A stretch of 64,000 nt of DNA. It comes from Squalus acanthias (taxonomy: Eukaryota). The stretch covers positions 115,508,001 to 115,572,000 of the forward strand of contig CM059431.1 in NCBI GenBank assembly GCA_030390025.1, written 5' to 3'. The position numbers and the translations under genes were made by a program. The notes under the pieces were generated by a model. The model made no database searches and was not told where the DNA came from. It saw only the letters and a list, made by a program, of their open reading frames with translations. This document shows, in pieces, positions 12,523-23,590 of this stretch. Position 1 is the stretch's first letter, and each line of letters begins with the position of its first letter.

Positions 12523-14889
12523 GTCTGCGGATTTCTAACCTTCGAAAAGTGGATTAACAAACGTTTGTGAAAAAGGAAGCATGAAAGCCGACTTCTGTTT
12601 GTTAATGTCATTAATGATGAACTCCTGTAGATTTCCAGAGGGATTATTTTACTCCGCATCAGACCTGGCATTAATAAGTTTACCAAAGAGAAATTTTGAA
12701 CTATCACCACAATGAAGTGGACAGATCTCTTTGTTACTCAATTGGATGATTCTTGAATATCCACACCTTTCCCACGTCTCCAATAAAATTTTATTACTAA
12801 TAAACAGAAGTTTTCAAAGAAAAATAAAGAAAACAAATTTTTATTAATGATCTTTCTCCCGGGTTGCTTGCAGCAGTGTTTGGGAGGTTAATCTTTAATT
12901 CGCGGAGGCCCCAGAACCATCCTGGAGGGTTGGCAACAATGCAGACCTCCGAGTGACAGGAAAGCATATCAGGAATAAGGGCATGAAAGTCAGTGTGCTT
13001 TACATGATGTGTCATCCATTAAAGGAGTCACTGAGCTACATGCTTGGATTCTGATACACGTCCCTGTTGCACAAAACTCTGGCGTGTTAATTCATAAAAT
13101 TTACTACTATGTATACGCAGGGCACACATTTCTGGTATTCTAAACAATCAACATTACCGTCTACATAAATTCTTCCAATCACAAATTCTTGACAACCTGA
13201 CAAAGTCTGGTGTTCACGCAATTGCATCGTGTACACAAGTGGTGGAAGTTTAGTGCAGATTAAATAAAGGCTATGACAAAGCATACCCATTTACAAACTT
13301 CTGCTTTCATCGGGTTTGTAAATCCGCTGACACGTTTTAAGTCACTTGCCTGATGGTTTACAAATTGAAGTTGGGAACTTTTCTAAGGTTACTGTATCGA
13401 GCTTTAGGATTTGCTTTCAATCTAAAACTGTGTCAAAATGGCCGTAAGTTGCCACCACTGATTGATACAACACACACGGAAGTTTTGTGTTGCACTTTAG
13501 TTTTAATGCAAAATAAACTATATAACTGAAACCATTATAATCTAAAGAGAGTGTAGCATTGTAAAAGAATGAGACATACATATTCAGAAAAATACACCAT
13601 CCTATGAACAGAATTCTAGCTTTATTAAAATATGACATACTGGGTTTAAAAATCTAAAAGCTGTAAATACAGGCTTCTGAGATAAGATGAGGGTTAACAC
13701 AAAGCTGTAAACACCATACAAGCTTTTGAAATGGGAATTGGTTGTTGACACTGAGACAATGGCCCTATTGAATAAGCAAAGAGTTGCTTCCAAGAAGTCT
13801 GCAGTTTGGAACCAACACAATAGCTATACCAGGTTAAAGTGTTAAAAACTAACACTTCGAACAGAAACACAGAACATTAAAAAACCATGTGTCTTTGTAA
13901 AAGTAACATCAAATGAAAGACAGGAAACATAAGTTTGTAATACAACCAATTGAAGTAGCTAGGAAAACAATTATGTACTTGGTTGAAGTGGGTTTAAATT
14001 TACATGTTGTAAAAGGTACAAACAGAAGACTTTGAAAATATTACATCAATAGATGCACCAAGTAATCATATGGTTTTTGTATTGAACTTGGAACAGTTAG
14101 GAGACGCGAAGTCTGGCTTACAACCAGTTAAAGTGATTTAAGAATTCAATAGAAGACCTTCATAAGAAAGGCATCAAATTGTTAAATCTGTTATAACCAT
14201 TTTTTATGATAAGTTTTGAAACACCTACACAGCAGATATAATTATGCATGCAGCAGCTGAACTGACAGTACGATTAGAAAGAAGTCAACAGAAATATGAC
14301 GAGAGATAATTAGCTTACATCAGCAGAAAACTTCAAAGGATATGCCACTGCAAAAAGAGTATAAAATATGGAACTTTCAGATAGGAAGTCAGAAGTCGCT
14401 GGAAGGGGCAAACGATTCTCAACTTCAGAGGTAGGCTCTGTAAGTTTTTAACTCTTTGAGTCTCGGGATCAAAAGGTACGTTTATTTGATTTTGGTGGAT
14501 ATTCTGGATTAAGAATAAGTAGAAATATAAAAATGTAACAAAGTTAAGATTTGAGAATAAGGATCTCAGATAAGAATTGTAAGCTATTAGTTTTTAGAAC
14601 TGTTAATATTGTGACTGAAATCACCAGCTGTTAACTACATGTCAGTTCTTTAATAAATCTATATATTTTTAGAATTGTCTCAAATAGTATTTCTGTATCA
14701 AACTCGCAAACTCAATCTCTGTACACTCTTTGGTGAGGAGTTGCAGAATTCTGGGGGAGTTTTCCGGACCCTCATAATATCCGGAAGGTTACAGTTTAGT
14801 TAAACTTATTAAAAAGTGCTATCTGGAGGACGGTAACATCTCCAAGTCGTTCCTTTCCTTTAGGGAGAGATAGTCTGACCTTTAGACCC

Positions 14890-16530
14890 TGTAAGGGGTC
14901 ACGGTGCTCAGACGGTGCTGGTGCGAGGTTAGGCCTTCGTTGCCTATACTATTGCTTGCTCTGGTCTCCAGCCAGCCTTTTTGCAATAAGCACCTGTGAG
15001 TGGTTCGACCCACTCGCCCTTACGGTTCTAACACCTGGACTTAGATGCAAGGAGCAGTAATGCAGAGAAAACTCAAATAGACCCGGTTGAATAGCACGAA
15101 ATGAAAATCTTTATTGCATGGCGTCTAAAATCATGAAATACATGTCATAGGCGCAGATCAAAGAGAGTACAAGTATACATACATTCATAAAGCTTGGTCT
15201 ATGGAAATGGAGAACACACGGCACATCGTAAAAAGGGGAACACATTATACCTTAACCTTATAAAAACCACCCTCCCTTAACAATACCTAAACTACGTCTG
15301 GATTTGTAGGATCGGAAAACATGCTCACCACTCGTGTTACTTCGGAGATTTTTAAAGTGAGGCACTCAGCTCGTTTCGCTGCAGCGCCTGACTGTCACGT
15401 GTTTGGAAGGGTTTCTGCACCCCACTTGTTTACTTTTGCTGCTGCGAAAAGCAGGCCAGACTCTCTGTTGTCATGAAGAAATCGATGGAACTCAAAACGT
15501 TGTAAAATTCAAAGACGAGTCTTCCTGTGTGCGGTACAGGTTGCAGTCTGTAGAACTCAAAGAAGAGTCCTGTATTTATATTTTCCGGCGCGGTCGGGGT
15601 TTACTGACCGTGGCGGCACGTGGAATTTCTTCTCGTCTTCTTCTCATCTTCTTCTCGTCTCGTCTCCTCGGGCCTCCAGGTCCAGACACCGTTTACCGAC
15701 ACTCGGGATGGTGTACCCTGTTACTTGCCCTTGTCGGGGCGGCTCGTTCCGATTGAGCTCCACCCAACACTCGAATAACCGACCAGTACGGCTAAGATCA
15801 AGCGTCAACAAAGTCCAGAGAGAAAATCAAGAGGCTGACCGTCCAGGAAAGCGATACCAGAGAGATAAGAGTCGAATCAAGAGACCGATGGACATTTGTT
15901 ATCTATAGTTATAGTGATGTGTCCGCTTATCTCCCGCTCAAATCTTAATGTTTATCCTTTGTGTAGTATTGGCGCTCAAAACTCCCAGCATGGGGCGATT
16001 CGCTTCTTAACGGGTTTCGTTAGCACCTGAAACTGGCCAACTATCCGTTAATGTCTTCCCCATTGTTGAACCAGCCAGGATGTGTATGAATCGTCTCCTC
16101 GACTGGTTTTGGGGCCCCCCCCGAATACTGGCTTAATCACCCGTCAATGTCTCTCTCATTGTAGAGCCGGGGGGGTATTTGTGTATTGATGTGTCTGGAT
16201 GGGCCTTCGATTGCCCAGTTCAATGATCCTTACTGTGCATAGGAAAACGATTCCAGCACTTATATCATTGCTATTGTTCAAAATGAAAACGGGTTGCATC
16301 CTGTCTTTATCAATGTTTAACGAGTATGATCCAATCTTATCCTGAATGTATATTCGACGCCATCTTGTCTGCCCACTGTGTTTCTGGAAGCTTCTGCCAC
16401 GATGCGCGGCGGCCATTTTACAGGCTTCTGTGTCCTTTATTATCAGGACAGCATTTCGTTTAATAAAACTGATCAAATGAATCTGCTTCTCTCATGTTAT
16501 TTTGAATCGCGATAATTGCGAAACTCTACA
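14890..16530 (-). mobile_element. Solo LTR, 1641 bp (ERV/LTR retroelement)
   Basis: TGTA...TACA termini; 4-bp TSD ACCC (14886-89, 16531-34); inverted homolog of 48095-49700; AATAAA on minus strand near 15110. Confidence 0.9.
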
Positions 16531-17439
16531 ACCCAATTAAGCATCTCTAGGATTCGGCGATCTCTAACTTTAGTTGAAGGTGAACGTCTGGGGAATACGC
16601 CTGATCTGGGGTAGCCCGAAAAGGGCTAGGACTAGTAATTATCCCTTCAGTATGTCAAAATAGTTGGATCGGACTGCTATGTAGAAACTGCTACCAGTGG
16701 TAAAATGACAGGGTTGGAATTTCCACAGGAGCTCCCGGATCTCCCACCATAATTTCAGTTTCCGCCAATCTTTCACTGAAGTGGGAGATCAGGAAAAACC
16801 CTGCGGAAGTCATAGCGTCATAACAGCACAGAAGGAGGCCATTCGGCCCATCGAGTCCGTGCCGGAAATCTATATCGGTGCTGCACATCAAGCCACTTTT
16901 GTGTCCCCAATTTCATTAGGCACCCGATTAATTTCAACCAAATACAGCTACTTATCCTATTTTTGGGGTTACTGAAGTTGGGCCCCATTATATCCTGAGA
17001 GGCCTTGTTCTGTGGATTACTCCACAACCACTACGATCATACCATTTTACGCTGCCAGAGGGAGGTAACATTCTCAACTGAACACAGCAATCTGACCCCC
17101 TCTTGCACTTCAGCTGATTTTTACATTGCGCTAAGACCCCAGCCAGCTTTGCTACATCACAACACGCATATCTCACAAATTCAACTTTGTGTGGATTCAC
17201 CAGGACAGGCAACTGGGAAGACCCATTGTTTTCCTGGCTGCTGGCTTCAATGAATCCCAGGCTGCAACCTGCATGAAGCCTATGCATCAGGAGCTGGCAC
17301 CTGTCTTGCGCAATATAAAAGCAGCTGTGTGTGAGGGTGAATTTTGCAAGGCAGTGTGGCCCTTGATGACAACATAACTCAAAACAAGACATAAAAATAA
17401 ATATTTTAATTCTCATTTTAAATGTAATTTTAATTCTCC

Positions 17440-17940
17440 GCTCCACTCCCACTCTGACTTCTTTGTCCTTGGTCTCTTACACTGTTCCAATGAAGCTCAA
17501 CGTAAGCTCGAGGAACAGCACCTCATCTTTCTATTAGGCACTTTACAGCCTTCTGGACTTAACATCGAGTTCAAAAATTTCAGATGATAACCTCTGCCCC
17601 CATTTTTTCAGACGGCAGCTGTTGCTGATGATTCTGATATTCCCATTTATACCTCCTCTCGACCCATCCTTTGTTTCTTTACTTGTCCCATTACCATCCC
17701 CTTTCACCTCACACTGTCATCCCTTTTGTCATTTAATCTCTCCTGCCTTCCACCCTATCCCTTTGGTTCTTTCCTCCACTCCCCGCTTTCCCTGCCTCTG
17801 CACTTGCTTCAAACCTGTTCAATCTCTAACCTTTTTCCAGTTCTGATGAAAGGTCATCGACCTGAAACATTAACTCTTGTTTCTCTTGCCACAGATGCTG
17901 CCTGACCTGCTGAGTATTTCCTGCATTTTCTGGTTTTATT
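17440..17940 (+). mobile_element. Penelope-like element 3' end
   Basis: Translates GLLHCSNEAQRKLEEQHLIFLLGTLQPSGLNIEF, typical of the PLE GIY-YIG C-terminus; second copy at 56367. Confidence 0.85.
17839..17875 (+). ncRNA. Minimal type I hammerhead ribozyme motif of the Penelope element
   Basis: AGTT-CTGATGA-A-AGGTC(atc)GACCT-GAAA-CATT-AACT: catalytic core, stem II and short stem I; palindromic ACGT mutated to ACAT. Confidence 0.7.
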
Positions 17941-19004
17941 ATAAAAATAAATATGCTTGCAGTTGTTTTTCTATTATTACAGCTGCTGTGGAATCTGTCC
18001 CACAATATTAATGGAGCAGGTTCCATAGCAACTGAGTCATTGCAGAACTACTTCTTGAAGCATTTCTGCACTATAAAAGTGCACGAAATTCCAACTAACA
18101 AGTATGTGAGCCAGCCACTTAAAGGGACTGTGTAAACCGGAAATGAGGGATGAAACTGGAAACAATGAAGGTGGCTGGAAATATTGCACATGACTGCAAG
18201 TAGCTGTTCCAAGAAAGCAGTATCTGAAAGCCTTCTGTCATCGTAGAAGTATTGATGTTTTTGAAGAATGTTAGCACAGATTGCCACTGCTGCATTGAAA
18301 GGAATGCAGGACTCACGAGCACCACTGTCTTGTGAAGTAGGGAGGTTATTTCCTGGGTCACAATTTGGGATGTGCAAAAGCAGTTGTCACAGTCACTCAA
18401 TTCCTCATGTTCACCCGTGATGATGATAGAGGTGCCATCAAGTTAAATGGTCTCCAGGAAATAGTGCTAAACTGAAGAATGAACCTTGAATTGTACCATT
18501 TCCAATTAACTCAGCAGACAACAGAAACTCTGCTCCTCTTGATTTGAGTTGGCATGATCATTTAGTAAAAACTGAACAAAACTTGACAGCTTCATTTTCC
18601 TTATCCAATGACATGTTTTCCAACCTGTCTGTGACTGGTGTGAGCCATCGTGACAATACTGACAAAATATTTGTATTTCTTTAAAAAAAAAATTTTTTTT
18701 AAAAGTCCAAAATGTTGCCTGCTGACTCACAATACAATGAGTATTGATCAATTCCTGGAGATAATCCGAATAAATCCTGTTTTGAAAAAGGAGTTGCCTC
18801 TTCTCCCCACAGTAATTTAGTCAGAAATGATACGCAGATTCCTGCAGCCTAACTGTAGTGATGTAGCTCTCTACTTCCTGGTACTACAGTGACAGGTGCC
18901 CTTATATGATATCCATCTTTTTCAAATTGAGAAAAATAAGCGAAGAGACATACCCTATGATGTAGGCTACAATCAAGGTTGAAAAGAGTGGAGGAGATGA
19001 GAAA

Positions 19005-19390
19005 ACTCAATGGATAAGTGCGTGGTGTGATATGAGCTATACTGAACAGAAGGTCCCAGATTTGACCCTTGATCTTGTGTTGAGCTGGCTGATCTCAGCT
19101 GAGCTGGCACTGATGGTGCCACAATTGACCTTACTAGCCCTGGGTTAAGGAGAAGAAGAAAAAAGCAGCCATGGTCGCCATTCCCACTCTTGATCATGCT
19201 CCACTGGCTACTGTTGGATAGCCCATGTGTGTGGATATTGAGTGATGTCCCCCCAGCTCCATGCTCAAGTACCCCACTGACACTCTGTCTAGGTTTACAC
19301 CTGTATAAACCTTTGGATGAGGGCTGCTGACATCATTATAATCATATCTCAGCACGAGTCACTGCTTTCAGAAGAGGAGGGAGAAGAATT
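19005..19390 (+). mobile_element. Family X SINE-like repeat, most complete copy
   Basis: actcaatggataagtgc..gaaggtcccagatttgacc..gctgatctcagc..caattgacc..ttcagaagaggagggagaa. Confidence 0.6.
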
Positions 19391-19838
19391 GAAAAATAAA
19401 TTGAGGGGGAAAGAAAAGTAGGGCAGGAGATGAAGTAAATGAAAGAAGTGCTTGGTATGCAAATCACAGCAGATGTTGACCCATGGATCATTAGTGCAAT
19501 ATAATCTCCTTATTGCTGCAGTTGTCTAACAGTGCTGCAGCTGGCAGCTGTCCCAATATCAGTGGTAGTGCTGTAAGCTCCATGAGATGCTTCTGTATAG
19601 AGTGCTGCTATGGGAACTGGCTTTTCCCTGCACCAGTCATGGCAATAGTGCAACAATGTAAATGGCAGGTGAATTTGTGACACCTAAACTGAATTTTTGC
19701 GATGTTTTACCGTTAATTTTCATGCAGAATCGTCTGTGCTTCGCCTTCGTGTGTGTGTATACAAAGCAACAGCAGCGTTGATTCTCCTAGGTACACAGGT
19801 AGCGTGCTGAGTCACTGTTCGATGGGATCGGGACAATC

Positions 19839-20583
19839 ATGGCCACGCCTACGGGATTCATCGGAAGCCTCAGCATGTATGACCGAGCTCGTGAACCATT
19901 CAGTTCTTACATTGAGCGGATGGAGATGTTTTTTAGGGCCGATAACATTATTGAGACCGAAGGTGCAGATGGGTATGTTCAGGATCAAAATAAAGTAATT
20001 CGTGAATGGGAAATAGCAAATTTGTTTAACAGAGATCGGGACAGATGTCTACGGAATGTTGACAAACCTACTCATGCCAGGGAAAGCGAAGGATGCGTCG
20101 TTTGAAGACATTGCCGAGAAACTCGAGGACCATTTCGACCCAAAGCCGTTAGAAATAGCAGAGAGCTATAAGTTTGGTACCAGAAACCAAAAACAAAGTG
20201 AAACCATCAGTGAGTACATTGTAGCGCTTAAGAACCTGTCTTTGCATTGTAACTTCGGCACATTTTTGGATCGTGCGTTGCGAGATAAGTTTGTGTGTGG
20301 ACTGGTGTGTTTACTGGTGGAAGCCCAAGTTACTGAACACTCCGAACCTGACGTTTGACATAGCAAGCAAAATTGCCCTATCTATGGAGATGGCGTCTAA
20401 GAATGCTCGGGAGCTCCGTCCAACTCAAGTGACTAGGGCAGCTGAGGTCTACAGTCACAAAGCCACCGTCAAACCTAAAGCTGTGAGTCCGAGTCAAAAG
20501 CATGTCGGTGAGAGCAGTTCAGTGAATTGTTAGCGCTGCAATGGAAATCACTCACCACAGTCCTGCCAATACAGAAATGCAAA
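19839..20583 (+). pseudogene. gag: Gypsy gag, frameshifted
   Basis: ORFs 19839-20105, 20056-20358 and 20273-20533 join into a Gypsy gag ending in C*RCNGNHSPQSC. Confidence 0.85.
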
Positions 20584-21330
20584 GGGTGAGAAATTCTTTA
20601 TAGCCCCGTTTGGGGCGCTAAATTTTAAAAGTTTGGAAAATTAGCACCAGGCGCTAATGATTTTAGACTTTAAAAAAATTAGATTTTGCGCCCCAAGAAG
20701 GAAGTGGAGAGCTAAATCAAGTGCTCCACATTCTTCTTGGAGTGCAATCGGCAGCAGGGGGGGGGGGGCGGCGGAGACTTCAGCAGCGCTGCACACTGGG
20801 CCGTGCAGCACTGCCGTGTTCAAAGGCTCCTTCCCTCCCTTAAAGGGAAGGGTCATCGCTGCAGGCTCTGCAATAGAAAAATTACCGACCTGGACCACCA
20901 AGACAGCCGTGATCCAATGTGATCAGCCTGGGCTGATTGATCGCGGGCAGGAACCTGCGCGAAAAAGCGGAACAACAAAGGTAAGTTTTTATTTACTTAC
21001 CTCAGCCACCTCGCCTTTAATCATCGCCCCTGAATTGGCCGGCCGCCAAATGGACGCCTCCTGCAGCTGTCGGTGTTTTCGACCGGCGCTGCTGCAGGGG
21101 GCGGAGTCAACTTCGGGTCAGGGGCGCGACCGGGGCGATGCGCATGGCGGTGATGTCACAATCTCTGGGCGAAGGAGATTGGGTTGCAACGCTGTAGCGC
21201 CGCTGCAAAACCCCCGCCGATTATGGCGGGAGTTGATGTCAGCGCCGCGCCCGGTCTAAAAGTCAGTTGTGCCCCGATAGCACTCCCCGGGGGCGCTACC
21301 GGGAGGCGCAAAGCCACCCAATTTTACCCC
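20584..21330. mobile_element. Harbinger-type MITE inserted in Gypsy gag
   Basis: TIRs GGGTGAGAAATT / AATTTTACCCC; repeated GGCGCTA/TAGCGCC motifs; central back-to-back donors AAGGTAAGT and ACTTACCT. Confidence 0.8.
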
Positions 21331-22753
21331 TCTGATGTTGAAGACCAGGCATCGATAGTATCTATGCCACTAGTGGCAATGCTATCAGTCATGAGAAAGA
21401 CTTCCGTACAAAACTTTTGATCAATGAGAATATTTTGATATGTGTGTCGACACGGCGGCAGACTGCTCTATCATGAGTAAGTTTAATAAAGTACCACTTA
21501 CAAAGAGTACCATAGAGTTAAAAATCTACTCCAGAGAAATCCTAGAGACATGTGGGCAAATGGAATGTACAGTTCAACACAATGGCCAGTCAGTAAAGCT
21601 GTCTATTATTGTAGCGAGCTACAACAACAGGCCAACTCTCATGGGCAAAGACTGGTTGAGAAAGTTAAAACTAGACTTGAAAAATGTATTCAGTTTAGAT
21701 GCTTCAAAGAAGTGACTCGACACAATGCTGAACAAGTACGAAAGCATGTTCACAGTCAGTTATGAAGGCATCACTGAGTATGACGCGCATATCCGCATCA
21801 AGCGACGAAGCCTGTCTATTGTAAGGCAAGGTCGGTCCCCTATGCATTGAAAAGTCAGCTGGAGGAAGAGCTAGCGAAGCTCAGAGAGAACGGAGTGCTA
21901 ATAAAAACTGACAAAATTCCAACAGTTCCTGATCACCAGAAAGTTTACCCTGATAACCGATCACAAACCGCTCCTAGCAATATTGGGGCCCAAATCTGCT
22001 TGGTACCTCAAGAAGGATGTGGACGAAAGTGCAACAGGAAGCTTATGATGCTTGTAAGACAAGTCTCTCTAGTGATGCTCTACGACACAGAGTGTGAGTT
22101 TAAGTTAGCATGTGATGCTTCCAGTTACGGCGTGGGAGCGGTCATAAGCCATGTAATGGATGATGGCCAAGAGAAACCAATCACATTTGCGTCGCGAACC
22201 CTCACAAAGAGCAAAAGAAACTATGCATAAATTGAAAAGGAAGCACTTGCCATAATGTTTGGAATTAAGAAAGTCCAACAGTTCCTGATCGGCAGAAAGT
22301 TTACCCTGATAACTGATCACAAACCGCTCCTAGCAATATTGGGGCCTAAATCTGCCATCCCTGCAATGGCTGCACCAAGAATGCAACGTTGGGCAGTGTT
22401 GTTGTCACAATATGACTACACGATTGAATATCGCACTTCAAAGCAAAACGCAATCGCAGATGCCTTGTCCAGGTTGCCACATGAGGACTCGTGTGTTGGG
22501 AGTGAAAGTGCTATTTTTACACTAGGTGCAGTTTTTGTTTTAGTCGTTTATGGGATCTGGGCGTTGCTGGCAAGGCCAGCATTTATTGCCCATCCCTAAT
22601 TGCCCTTGAGGAGGTGGTGGTGAGCCGTCTTCTTGAACCGCTGCAGTCCGTGTGGTGAAGGTACTCCCACAGTGCTGTTAGGGAGGGAGTTCCAGGACTT
22701 TGACCTAGCGACGATGAAGGAACGGCGATATACTTCCAAGTCAGGCTGGTGTT

Positions 22754-23053
22754 ATGGAGTTTGAGCGGTGGCTGCAGTCACTGCTGTGCATCCGCGAGGC
22801 TGAGAGCTACGTGGATAGCATGTTTCGGGAGGTGGTCACCCCGCAGCTTAAGAGTGTGCAGGCAGAGAGGGAATGGGTGACTGCCAGACAGAAGAGGAGG
22901 ACCAGGCAGGTAGTGCAGGAGTCCCCTGAGCCCATTTTGCTCACCAACCAGTATTCGGTGCTGAGTACTGGTGAGGGAGATGGTTCCTTTGGGGAGTGCA
23001 GCCAGAGCCAAGTCCACAGCACCATGGAAGGCTCAGCTGTACAGGAGGGGGGT

Positions 23054-23084
<31 letters not shown>

Positions 23085-23590
23085 TGAAGAGGAGAGGGAG
23101 AGCAATAGTGATAGGGGATTCAATAGTTAGGGGAGCAGACAGGCGTTTCCCCAGGATGGTATGTTGCCTCCCTGGTTCCAGGGTCAAGGATGTTACTGAA
23201 CGGCTGCAGGACATTCTGAGGGGGGAGGGTAAACAGCCAGAGGTCGTGGTCCATATCGGTACCAACGACATAGTTAGAAAGAGGGATGAGGTCCTGCAGG
23301 CAGAGTTTAGGGAGCTAGGAAAGAGGTTAAAAAGCAAGACCTCAAAGGTAGTAATCTCCGGATTACTACTAGTGCCACGTGCTAGTGAGTACAGAAATAG
23401 GAAGATAGAGCAGATGAATGCGTGGCTGGAGAGATGGTGTAGGAGGGAGGGCTTTAGATTCCTGAGGAATTGGAACCGTTTTTGGGGGAGGTGGGACCTG
23501 TACAAGCCAGACGGGTTGCACCTCAATGGGAACGGGACCAATATCCCCATGGGAGGGTTTGCTAGTGCTGTTGGGGAGGGTTTAAACTAG
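22754..23590 (+). CDS. CR1 ORF1 SGNH/GDSL esterase-like domain (partial, open)
   Basis: IVIGDSIVR, CLPG, HIGTND and DGLHLN motifs; in-frame G30 run. Confidence 0.85.

Noticed and set aside
12468..12525. MRKKKWK resembles the CHRDL1 N-terminus
   Set aside because: No hydrophobic signal peptide follows and no VWC-domain exons are seen in the window
20657..21259. Long ORFs inside GC-rich MITEs, antisense to LINEs, or in the C-rich tract at 37.3-38.0 kb
   Set aside because: Explained by GC content, low complexity or shadow frames; no recognisable domains
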